Positions 13,517 to 25,800 of a stretch of 64,000 nt of DNA are shown one piece after another. A program made the position numbers and the translations under genes. The stretch is from Somniosus microcephalus. Its lineage: Eukaryota. Where the stretch lies: assembly GCA_052327205.1 (NCBI GenBank), contig CM126213.1, positions 111,538,001-111,602,000 of the forward strand, in the 5' to 3' direction. Each line of letters begins with the position of its first letter. Positions within the stretch are counted from its first letter, which is position 1. Below the pieces are notes generated by a model. It saw only the letters and a list, made by a program, of their open reading frames with translations, did no database searches and had not been told where the DNA came from.

Positions 13517-14685
13517 AAATTTAAAATATACTTGGGCTTATGTATGGTTCTAAATAAGCATATATTCTTAATTAATCAGCTTTAAATTATGTTTATTAAT
13601 AGTAAGATGACAATTATGATTGCAGTTGTGAGTAAGCAAGCTTCTCAATTGACCTACAGAAACAGCATTTTTTTTTTTGTTTCTCAATGTTGATTCAAAA
13701 CTGTCAATCATATCCTAACTCAATTTTAGGTGGACACATAGAGGATAATGAAGAAGGGTTATATGATATATTTTTATCCCATGAGTGAGCTAACCTGATA
13801 ACTCAAATAACAAAGTCACCTGTAAGTTATGGTGAGTGTTACAGTGTTATAATCTCACAGATCTTCATTATATATTTAGTTAATATCACCCTTTAGATAG
13901 GTTAAATGATAAGATTTAGATTTCAATATTAATTTTAAATATGAAATATGTTGACGTGTGGATTACAGACTAGCTTTGGTGGTATTACTGTATACTTTTT
14001 TCCTCAAGGTGCCTTATATTCTCAGTAAAGATGTGATTTCCATTAAATTTGGAATCATGAAGGTGGCATCAATGTGTGTAGTACAAACAGCTTCCCTTAG
14101 TTCCTGATCTGAAATGTCAGGGCTCAACAGCAGCTGGGGTAGCAATTTAAACAAAAAATTAACGGGTAGGAGATGTTTTAAAAGCTTCTCATGGGGAATC
14201 TAAAGGAAAAAGTAATTTACACTGAAAATATTGTGCTCTTCTACAGAATCACACAATCAACAGAAACTGCTGTTTTCCCACCATGCAAGTCATCAGGTGC
14301 TGCCAAGTGTCATTAAAGTTTTGACTTCCACAACACTATCTCTAAACTGGGGAACAAGCTAGTGGGGGTATCAACAGACATCCTCATCAACCATTGCATA
14401 GTCACCTTTCTCCTGAACCCTATCTCATGTAATGGTTAGAAATCCCAATGTGCTCTCTGCTGCAAACTTAATTCTCTTCACCATGGTAACAGCATTAATC
14501 ATCTCATCCCCAGTTTTTTTAAGAATCACCTCATCCATGTTTCCATGAATCCCTGTCATCCCACTTCCACCTCATCCATCTCACAGTTCCACCCTGTGTC
14601 TTTGGACTCAGCCACCTATTTTGCATATTTCAGCAGTTTTTTTCTTTTATGTTTTTCCTCTAACTTAATATCTGTTTCAGTTGTG

Positions 14686-15120
14686 TCAGTCATGGTTCAG
14701 TGTAGCACTATTACCTCTGAGTCAGAAGGTTGAGGGTGCAAGTCTCACTCCAGAGACTTGAGCATAAAATCTAGGCTGACACACCAGTGCAGTACTGTTA
14801 GAGATGCCAGCTTTCGGATAAGACATTATACTGAGGCCAGTCTGCCCCCTCAAAAGGTCCCATGGCATTATTTCAAAGAAGAGCAGGGGAGTTTTCCCTG
14901 ATGTCCTGGCCAATATTTATCCCTCAACCAACATCACGAAAGAAAGATTATCTGGTCATTATCACATTGCTGTTTGAGGGACATTGCTGTGCACAAATTG
15001 GCTGCCATGTTTCCTAAATTACAACAGTGACCACATTTCAAAAGTACTTTATTGGCTGCAAAGAGCTTTGGAAATTCCTGAGGTTGTGAAAGGCGCTATA
15101 TAAATGCATGTCTTTCTTTC
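14686..15120 (+). mobile_element. Near full-length tRNA-derived Deu-domain SINE (SacSINE1/AmnSINE1-related)
   Basis: tRNA-like head (GGTTCAGTGTAGCAC...GAGTCAGAAGGTTGAGGGTGCAAGTC), central GTCCTGGCCAATATTTATCCCTCAACCAACATC...CACATTGCTGTTTG, and L2-like tail GTGAAAGGCGCTATATAAATGCA. A homologous copy lies at 60917. Confidence 0.85.
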
Positions 15121-16476
15121 AGTATTTTCAGTGCACTGGTTAACAGCATTATTTTAGTGCTAAACAACTACATTAAACAGAGGAAATTGGTTGCCAAAAT
15201 TAGAGAAAGCTCAGGAAAGATTTTTTTTTTAAATAGTGCACAGAGGAAATTAAACAACAATCCTTATTTTCCACAGAACTGTTACATTCAACATGCCTAT
15301 GATTTTTATCATCTTTGACCATTACAGCAGGTTGCTGCTAATATTTGCACTGGCAGAGATTGATTCCCCAAGGTCCGCTGTTATTTTCCAATATTTTAGC
15401 CAACTGATGATGACTTTCCCTTCCTTTCTTTCTACCACGCTTCATCAGCTGCTCCTCCTTGATAAACTGTCCTTTCTAAGTACTACAATTACCTGCTCCA
15501 CCTCCTGCTGCATCACCTCATATATAGTGTGTACCCATCTCCAATGAAGCACTGACAGTCAACAGGATGTTCTACAAGTTGGTCAACCCTTGCATGCATA
15601 CCACACACCTTGAGGACCCCAATTTGCTAGATTCACCCTATTTGGCAACACATCATGCAAACTCCTCAACAAAAGCCTAAGCGAATTCTAGCCCGTTGAC
15701 TTTGTGATGTACTTTACTTCTCCACACTGTTTCACCCAATCCACATGCTTTGTGTCTGTTGTGCAGCTACTGTCACCCAATGCCATTTTCATCAGCTCTC
15801 ACTTCCTATATTACTAGTTTTCTCCTATGTCTTACTTTCTGGTTGCATTACCATCCTGTTAGTCTGTAATCAATGCTCTCTCTTCCCATCACAGTTGCTT
15901 CCAATATCTCCCTGAATTTTACTTTCTCAATCACTAAGGCCACGATTTTGCCGGCACTCAGAGGGCGGGTTTGGAGGCGGGTCAGAGGTTAAATTCGTTT
16001 TGATTGATGGTGGGTTCTGAACCCACCATCAACTCGCCTCCATGCAATTTTGCCAAGTGTCGGGTCTGGGAGTCCCACTCAGACCCGCCACCAAATGGCG
16101 GGAAAGGCACTTAAGGCAGTTAACAGCTTGTCAACTACCTACATAATCCGATTTTAGCAGGCGCTTCCCATTTTAGGATATTTTCAGCGTGTTCCACACT
16201 GTTCGCAAAACATGCCAGCTGATTGTGCCGGGTTCAGCAACTACCTGAATTCTTGACAGATGGACCTGCAACATAAAAGTGAACCTGTAACATGGCTGAC
16301 TTTCAGATGACAGAACTTTGTTTTTTGAGGTGATGGAACACTTTATGCAGGTCTATTGAGCTTGTAAGTGGTTAAGCTGAGATCCATATGCATTGTGACC
16401 TCCTTGGAAAACCCTCCCCCCACATTGACTGAGCACTTATAACATCTATTCCTCAACTGACATATATACCAGCGGA

Positions 16477-17674
16477 ATGGGAACCATTTATACCCTCTCA
16501 GCCTGGTCCTCAGAATCGGAGGAAGAGCAGCCGTGGCAGCAGCAGAATGAGGCACAACAGCAGCAGCAACAACAGGAGTGCCAAACTCCTCCTCACCCAC
16601 CTGATGCTGCACAGAGCAGAGGGCATCAGCGCAGGGCTGCACCTCACCGCAGGAGATACCCCCAACACAGGGTTTACAGGCAGAGGATGAGCTTCCTCAA
16701 CATGACTGAGCAGCAGTGCCAGAGGAGGCTGAGACTTTCGCGAGAGGTAGTCGCTGACATCTGCGCAATGCTGCACCAGCACCTGGAGCCCAGAGGAGCG
16801 GGTGGACACTCCTTACTAGTGGCTGTCAAAGTCACCACCGCCCTCAATTTTTTTGCTTCAGGGTCCTTCCAGGGACCATCAGCAGCCATCAGCAGCATCT
16901 CCCAGTCAGCTGCACACAGTGGCATCACGCAGGTTACCAATGCCCTCTTTGCAAAAGCGCACAATTACATCCACTTCTCCATGGATGAAGCAAGTGTAAC
17001 CACACGTGCGGTTGGCTTTGCAAATATGGCAGGCTTGCCAAGGGTGCAGGGCATCGTAGACTGCACATGTGGCCATTAGGGCACCCCATCACAACCCAGC
17101 TGTATTTGTGAACCGCAGGGGCTTCCACTCTCTTAACATCCAGCTGCTGTGTAACCACAAGAAGAACATTATGCATGTTTGCGCCAAGTTCCCTGGCAGT
17201 TGCCATGACTTGTTCATCTTGCGGCAGTCTACTGTGCCTCAGCTCTTCAATCCGCCAACCCAACTTTCCGGATGGCTACTTGGAGACAAGGGCTAACCCC
17301 TGAAGACATGGCTAATGACACCATTGAGGAGGCCATCAAACGAAGCAGAGGAGTGCTACAATGCGAACCACTTTTCCACCAGAGCCATCATCAGCTTGCT
17401 CAAAATGCGGTTCAGATGCCTCAACAGATCAGGTGGAGCCCTACAGTACTCACCAGCCAAGGTCTCCATAATCATCGTGGTCTGCCGTGCCCTGCAGAAC
17501 ATCGCACAGCAGTGTGGCTTACCGCTGCCTGAGGAACAAGTGGCTCAGTGCACAGCCTCCTCCTCCTCCTCCTCCTCCTCAGAGGAGGAGGTGGATGTGC
17601 CAGATCCACCAGCACGCGAGCACATTGCTGGCCGTGATGCAAGGGATGCACTAATCCATGCCAGATTCACTTAA
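16477..17674 (+). pseudogene. Harbinger DDE transposase (HARBI1-like), disrupted
   Basis: Motifs [49 protein letters not shown] and LKMRFRCL. Frameshift near 17067, TAA at 17294-17296 (G-Y-P to G-*-P), and the catalytic Glu region is missing after TRAII (~17392). Confidence 0.9.
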
Positions 17675-17936
17675 GTTTACGAAGCTAACACTGTGGCTGC
17701 CACCTTCTTAACACACCACTCACAATCTGTACAATAAACTGTGGGTTCCTATCACTCTCACCACCATCATTACAGATGAAAGGCACCCTGACACCTCACT
17801 GTGACACTTCCATTTCTGGGTACACATAGGCCAATTCTTTGAATGTTTGCCATTGCATTTCTTTATTACAATTGGAATGTCGATCATAATCTTATATATG
17901 TATTACATCAAAACACCCAAATGACTACCCTTGTGA

Positions 17937-19841
17937 CTATTTGTGTGTTAACTTTCTATTACGCGTGCTTCTACATGGTGCTTCCCCTGTGGCTTCAGCA
18001 GATGTGGAGGCACCTTGCTTACTTTCATGCTGCTCCTGCTTCGACACCTTTGGCAGGTGTCCTCTGGGATTGGGAGCCTGGGAGGGCTTGGCAACAGTCT
18101 GCTCCTCCTGTGGCTGTGCAGGGGCTGAGACGGCCATCTCAGTTGGGTGAGGAATCTGGGGCTCTGACCGAGGGCTCCACAGTGGCATGGGAGTGTGAGT
18201 GCTTGGAGAGGAGCCCACACTTCCTTGTTGTCGACCACCAACATCCCTCTCATGGGTCGCCCGCACTTCACTGCTAGCAAGTGGCTGGAGAGTAACCTGC
18301 TGCACCTTAGTGGAGCCATGAGGACCTGTCTCTGTACTGACAGTCCTCATAACGGGGACAGCCATGTGTCTCTGCTCAATAGCTGCCCATCTATCCTCCA
18401 TAGCAGGCCATCTATTTAGAAGAGTCACCATGCTCTGTTGAGTGTGGCGACTTATGTCGTCCAAGGAGGTTGCCACTCTCTCCATGGTGGCACGTTCATG
18501 TGCCATTGCCTCCACAAAGGCAGTGCTCATGTTTGAGATGGACTCCTCCATTCTCTCCACACTCACAGTTACGGTGGATGCAAACCCTGTCAGAGAGTCC
18601 TGCACTTGTTGCTAAAGTTCCAGCACTGCTCTCTTTCTGGATGGTCCCAGAGGCACAGGTTCCACATGCAGTTGAGCAGAGCTCGGAGCGTTCAGCACTC
18701 TCTGACAAGGACTCTCCACTGCTGTCCCTGTCTCCACCATCTGCTGATGCTCACTTGTGAGCTGTGATACACCAGGTGACAATACTAATCTATCTCGCGA
18801 ATGACCCACCAAGGTGCATGTCTCTGCGCTGGTGCTGGGTGCGTTCAATTCTGCTGACACTACGCCTTCAGAGATTGCAGCTTCCTCTGAGGAGTCTTCC
18901 GGCTCTTCCTGCTGGACAGTGAGGAGGGGGGCTCTCGATGGTCCTGTGGGGGAGTAAAGGCATGAGTTAGACATGTGATATTAACGTAGCAGGTACATCG
19001 AATTTTGCAGATGATCATAAGTCAATCTGTATGAACATCAGATGCCATATCAGTCACTCATGCAATGTAAATAAGAGGGCTGCAAATCTATTCTGTCACC
19101 AGCTTGCTCTACTGCACCCGTCTGACCGTCGCCCACTTCCAGATCCTCAGCACCTCCGACGATGTCGAGAGCAGCCTCCTCAGCGGTGGTCAAGTGGGCA
19201 ATCAAAGGTGGCCCTCCTCCTGTCCTCCCCCTCTCCCTCTTATTATGGGCTCTCTTTTCCTGCAATGGGGGACACAAGTGGCGTTTGAGTGAGAATGTTG
19301 GAGTGAGTGTAGAGAATCCATAGCATAGATGCTTAGAGGGAGACAAAATGGAGTGAGGTGCCAATACCAAGGGCCCTCCCTGTGCATTTTTAGTTGTTGT
19401 CATTGCATAACAGTGATAGTGAGTGTGAGGGGTGCATAGTAGAATAGTGAAGTGATTCTGTACATAGAGAAAGAGGGATGGTTAAGGGTGCAAGGGATGT
19501 AAGGGTAAAGTGGGATGTGCAGGAGTAGTTTGACAATGCAGAGTGCTGGTGGTGAGAGGAGATGGGGAGCAGATTGAAGGTAAGAGTGATGTTATATTCA
19601 CTTTTGCTGAGCATAGCAGATCATTGAACCTTTTCCTGCACTGAACCCAGGTGCGACCACACAAAGACCTGGCGCTCACCTCCTCAGCAATCTGCAGCCA
19701 GGCTGCCTTGGTTTGATGAGGAGGCTTGCTCCGTCCGTTTGAGGGGAACAGTACCTCTTGGCACCCTTTCACTTCCTTCACAAGAGTATGGAGGGAGTCA
19801 TCATCGAATCTGGGAGATGCCTTGGGTCTTGCAGCAGTCAT
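17937..19841 (-). pseudogene. Harbinger Myb/SANT-like DNA-binding protein gene, 3 exons (19841-19602, 19259-19100, 18943-17937), one premature stop
   Basis: Exon 1 encodes PRFDDDSL...AWLQIAEEVS...RTWVQCRKRFNDL (Myb/SANT) and exon 2 encodes RERGRTGGGPP. The GT-AG junctions (AAA|gtgaat, ttgcag|GAA, G|gtgaca, cacag|GA) join in frame to 1407 nt, with an in-frame TAG at 18612-18614. Confidence 0.85.
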
Positions 19842-22800
19842 TTTCAGATGGACCACACTGAGAAGCAGCAGGAAAGGATGGATTAAAAACAAGGCTGCAT
19901 GGGCCCCTTAAATACAGCTAGCTGAGAGATGTCAACAGAGGTGAGCAGCAGACCCGAACCCACTGATTGGGCCGGGTAGCACGCATGACGGGCTTATTCA
20001 GCCCACTTAAGCAAAAATCGTAATTCCAGGGCAGCTGAAACCGGCAGTAGGACCGGAACCTGCCAAACATCAAAGCCGCCTCCAACCCGCCTCCACTCGG
20101 AAAATTGCGGCCAGCTGTCTCCTCCTTAGGATCCCACTTTTGACAGATGCCCATACTTGATTGTAGGTGTGCTACGACAGGTTCTGGTGACTCTCTCATC
20201 AGCATTGCAAGTCCCACCTTAAACTCCTCAACCAATGATGTGATGGGCAGCTGCAGAACTCGGCGTGTCCCACATAATGCACAGGCACTTAGCATTCTAG
20301 ATATTCCCAGCAATAACATTTAACATACATTCACCGTTTGCTCCATCTTTTCACCCTCTGAGAATCCCACTTCATTTATGATTAATGATATTCTTATCCT
20401 TGTCATATTATTAAAGAATATTACATACCAGCAATTCTTCCTCACAAAAAGCAATTGAAAGTGTACTAGACTGTGCCACTTTTTTTTTACAGGAGGACAC
20501 CATAAGTACATTTTTGATGGAAAGGGTCATACTGGAGAGCATGAACCTAATTTTACTGTTTCTGAATAACAGTATCTAAATCTGGTTTTCCAAGGCTGGT
20601 GAATGCATATGCTTTGGATTTTAATACTTTTTACTCTCTCTTCCTAATGTATTTTCCATAATTTTCTCTTCCACACCCCAGAGATTTAGACTCTCCCAAA
20701 AATACTGTGACTAATTCTGAAAGTTTTGCAAATTGGAGAGAAACTGAAATTACTGTGAGCTAAGGAAAATGTATTGGGAAGTAATGTTTTGCAGATTGTC
20801 CATATAATTAAAAACCTTGCATACTGTGCATCACACATTAACTCTGTAAGGTGGCACGTTAAATCTGTAACAGAAAAAAAATTAGTGTGACACTTTTCTC
20901 ATTAGCTCAAATAAGCAACTGAAGGATACTGATATTTATTGAAATATAGATCAGCAAAGATCCCACCAAAGTGCAACTACAGTACTTGAAAGGCTGCAAT
21001 TTCAACCAATTACTTCATTGCATTTTTTTAAATGGTTCTACCCGCCACTTTTATTTCTGACCTAGCTCAAAATATAACTGTATAAATAACATTTAAGATA
21101 ACAAATTCATAAAAAGTTTATAATTCTCCTTAAAACATGACTGTTACTCATATATCTGTCCCTTTGGTATTCTTTTCCTACACTATTGTTTCATTCCAGA
21201 TGCTTACTTGTATATTGGATGCCTTACACTCATTTGTTCTGCTTTGCTGCAGTTCAATTTTGCCTCTTAACCATTTTACCCCATTTCTTTACCTCACAGT
21301 TGGGCCTAATTGTGCATGTGCAGTCACAGCCAACCTTAGGCAACTTCCACATATGCGTGCTTCAGATAGGTTAAAATATTTACCTTCTTATTTCTTTCCT
21401 TGCTTCTTTGTTCTTTTCTGATGTTCTCATATAAATTCCCCGTGTTTTTGCCCTACCATTGAAATTCATCTCATTCACAGTCTTTGCCACGTTCCATAAT
21501 TGCACACTTGCCAACTCTCATTCTCTGAAGTGATGAACAATGCCTGGGAGATGAAGTAGTATACTCTATGTTCATCATTATTACAACAATTCATCAAATC
21601 ACATATCTCTAATTTTCATAAGGCTAACAATTTGTTTATACCTTACAATGCTAAAGGGGTTGTTATCATACACTGTATCATAATAAGCAGGAAGAGTAAC
21701 TGCAGAAAATAAATGTCTCTATCTCTAATAGCTGTAACTTTTGTTACAAATCAAAAGTACACCTAACAGTTTACAAGCTACTATAGTATCGTAATAGTGT
21801 CACTGCACCATCCTCCCAACCAGCTTAAAAGAAATCAAGCATTCAAATAGAGGCATATTGTACATCAAGTGTCAACCATAAACATTTATTTTCATAATAG
21901 AAAAAGTTAACATTGTTGGCAAAAACAAATATGGACTCATTCACTGTTGCTTTGCAGAGATGAGGTGCTTAAAGAGAAGTTTTAATTGATTTAGTTTTTC
22001 ACATCAAATAATAATCGCAGGATAATAAGCAATTAATAAAGATTTGCCAAAAATGTAGACATTCCAAGTACTGTTGCTCATTTGAATTCTCCACACATTT
22101 TCCTCTTACAAATTTAATTTAAATAAAGATTAATTTCTGTCACATTAAAAGACCTCAGATCGTCAATTTCAGTGCTATGTTGGCCATCAGAATAAGTGCA
22201 ATTTAGTTATTCAAACAACTACATATAAACTAAACTCAGTTGCCACTGGACACTTAGTATAAATCAAGTACAATGTTTTAAACTTGCAGTACAAACTTTC
22301 AGAAATGGCATAATGGATCAAAGCAGCAAAGTATTATGCCATGGCCGTATTGGAACCCAAGGTTCAATTCCACCTGCTAGTGAATTCCAATCTCAACTGA
22401 ATTGTTCTAGAGGAGCATAATGTTCTTAAAAGGGCATTTTGCTCTGAAGACCCAACTAAATGGCTCTCCAGAAAGAGTGAGGAAAATCATAGAGCGCATT
22501 ACCTCTGGATTGTTCTCATGCAACTCTTCCTGGTTGGTTCAGAACAGAATTGGTGAAAGCTTAGGAACATCTGCCTTTCCTCTCTGCTAGATTGATAAAG
22601 CACCTTCAGCCATTTTATTATGTTATAAAGGAACTATATAAACATAAGTTGTTGTTAACATGTGGTGTGCAGAAACAACGGACAAATGCGCAGGAAAATG
22701 CATCCCTTCTCCCCCCAAAAAACTGATCTTGGTGAACACTTTCTGTACTGCTCTGTGCCAGTATAGCCGCAATCTAAACTGACAAGGAGGACAGTACTGT

Positions 22801-25800
22801 AAACTTACTCATAAAAAAGCACAAATCACCATTGCCTGATTATTTTTAATGCATGCATATCAATATTATTGGATTTAATTTACTAATATCACGCTCATGA
22901 TGGCAATGAAAATGGTGTGTTTGCATTTACTCAACAGTATCTGAAGCAATCTACAATAGAACTGACACAGGGACAAATGGGCATGAAGGTAGTCAAATCA
23001 GATATAATATTATAATGTCTGAATGGGCAAATTTAATTTGTTTGTGTTGTAAATGCCATTTTTGTGCATATGCATAGGCTTGAATGTGCACGTGTTCTTA
23101 ATTAATCACACTCTAAATAAATGTTAATAAATCACATTAAAAGCTTAGATTGTGTGATTTCACACTTTATTCACAAATCAGGGAGAATGTGAATATGCAA
23201 TTTTTTTTTAGTAAATACAGGTCCAGGGTATTGTTTTATTGTATGAATGCAAAGGCATAGTGCTAGAAAAAGAAACAAATTGTTAATTAAAGCATGAGGT
23301 AATTGTTGGTTTTACCCAACTCAATGTCCTCTATTCTTCAATGATGCCTGCACATTCTTGCATAAGTAATTAGTAGACACTACAGTGTACAGTCCCTGAA
23401 TTAGCACATGTAGTGTTGCTTTTGAAACTGATATTAGCTTATTATAATATGGAATTCTATTGAGGAATTGGTGGTCACTTGGTGGCCAAGCAATCAAGTA
23501 TTTTAGTAAAATAACCAAACCTTTGACTTGATCAAAATAAAACTAACTATAAGAAAGGCTAAATGGGTCAGCTGATCTTTTCCTGTCCTTCATTTTCACA
23601 TGTTTATACGTACACCTAACAGCAACTTAGTATGCATACCATGTCTTCAGCAGATACTTCAATCATTTCTGAAAGAGCATTGTTTGTCCTTCTTGTAAGT
23701 AGTTATAAGTACAGGTGTGAATGTATAATATTTCACAATGCACTAAACATTGTGTGGTTTTGCAATATGCCTTATTCTATTGCATCAAGGAAGACCATTT
23801 TGATAATTATATTTTAACATATTTTTAACATTTTTACAATAATGTAAAATTATTTTATTGCTCTCAAATATCAAAATATAAACCTTGAACTAGTGTATAT
23901 GAAAAGAAAATATATGCCCCCAATTATTTTATCATGAAATGCATTGGAAAGCACAGATGCATTACTGAAGTTAGCAGTAGCTTCTTTCTAATGTAAAGAA
24001 AATATGAAAAACAAGTTTATAAAATTGAGTATATCATCCTATTTAAAACAGCTATGTATTATCATCTAAATATGAACAATTCTAATTATTTTTATTATTT
24101 CAGTTTTGGTATTACACAGGGTGTCCTGTATTCTGGAGCATATAAATGCATTTAAAATTAAACAAGAAAATGTCAGTTTATCTGGTAACTACCTTACATT
24201 TGTATCACTAGATTCTTATCAATTTTTCTTTAAGCTATTAATTTTAAAACTGCTGAACCTTTATATTGAGAAGCATGACAAGGATATTGTGGATATCTTA
24301 CATTTGATGGAGGAACAGGAATTGTTGTGTGTTCTGTGTGTTGCTCCAAGTATTTCTTGCCCCAGCCGAAAGATCATTGAGTATTACACTGACCTGACAT
24401 TTCCATTTACCACACATCAAGCCATCCCTGTGGCCTTTCTGAGTGAGACTGCCCAATCAGCTGCAATTGGTGCCAAATTACAGACATGTTTTGTGCTCTA
24501 GACTCATAAAACTGGGTTAATACAGCACAAAGTTGTTTCAGTTACAGCCCTTAAGAAGCATCAAATTGTGGGGATGAATCATCCCATCTGTCTAGCCTAT
24601 ATTAGACCCCAGAATAGAGCGGTAAAAGAGCACTACTCTAACTCATCCCAACACTCAGTGCCCAGAATAAGAGGTTTTAAATTATATCAAATTCAAGTGT
24701 TACTTAATTTTATCAAGGAAACTTTTTAAAGAGCCACCATAAGATTAGCTTATTTTTCCTATTCTGTCTAGATGTTGTATTTGAATCAAGCTTTCATACA
24801 TTTTGTTAAACCATTTCCAAACAGTAAAGTTCATATTATGTTGGTCAGATTTAATTTTGTTAGCTCAAAGTGACTAAGAAAATAAAAGACAAATAGATTC
24901 TACTTCTACAATAAACATACATCAAATACTGTCATATATTTTCCATACAAAACGACCCTTCATTTCTCCAGCTACTTATGAGCAACGGCTAATGGTGAGA
25001 CATCTAAGAAGTTAGTTATTGTTTTATCTACTTAACTGTGTTAACACCAACGCCTGATAGTAAAGCTACCTAATGTTCTATATATTCCTGAAGAGAACGT
25101 CTTACAACCAGAAATTATTTTATATTTCGATATTCAAGAAGCAGTGAAGATTGAGTCCATTAATATTTACATAAAGTAAAATCTGTATACGCTGTGCAAA
25201 AGATTGGATTTAAGTTTATTTAAATTAGAACATTAATGATGTTCAGATCTTGCCACTCTTGTTCAAACGTGCACAGATGTAGTAATTTCTTGTTTTGTTC
25301 TTAAAGCTGAATATGCAATGTTCACAAACACGCACACATATAACAATGTATGCGTATATATGGTTTTGACGTTTATATTTGGATCTTCAGATTTAAAATA
25401 TCCCTGAAAGCATTGCTTACTGATCACGTGTGGTTAATGAAAATGTTTTCAACCAAAGTGACATATTTGATAATGTTATTGGATGTTTTGTATGAATGCC
25501 AAAGTCAATGGTTAGAGTTCTGGAACGCTTCGCTCATACCAATTCGGAAGCCGGGTGAAAGACCCTTACTTTATACTTCTCAATTAAGTGCGGGCTATTA
25601 TTTGCAAGTTCATTTCAAAGCAAACGTCTAAAAACTGTGTTTTATTCAGTAAAATTATAAATCTAAAAGGTGCTCAATGAAATGTGCTCAAACATTAGTA
25701 TGCTGATGTTTCTGTATGGAAAGATTGAGCTGATTGCTAAGTTTATTTGTGTTAACTGAGATATACCAAAAATGGTAACGATCTCATTTTAGCTTCAACC

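Larger units (their letters stand above)
15938..20112. mobile_element. Full-length PIF/Harbinger DNA transposon (~4.2 kb, inactivated)
   Basis: Left TIR GGCCACGATTTTGCCG and right TIR (reverse complement) GGCCGCAATTTTCCG, each followed by subterminal GGCGGGTT(T)GGAGGCGG. Contains convergent transposase and Myb/SANT genes. The flanks (TAA / AGC) do not form a matching TSD. Confidence 0.9.

Noticed and set aside
14686-14770. tRNA gene
   Set aside because: The A/B-box-like sequence is the SINE head and continues into the Deu domain; the same applies at 60917.
16477-17674. Host gene HARBI1 (and NAIF1 for the Myb gene)
   Set aside because: The ORFs are disrupted and enclosed by TIRs, so this is a transposon copy and not a domesticated gene.
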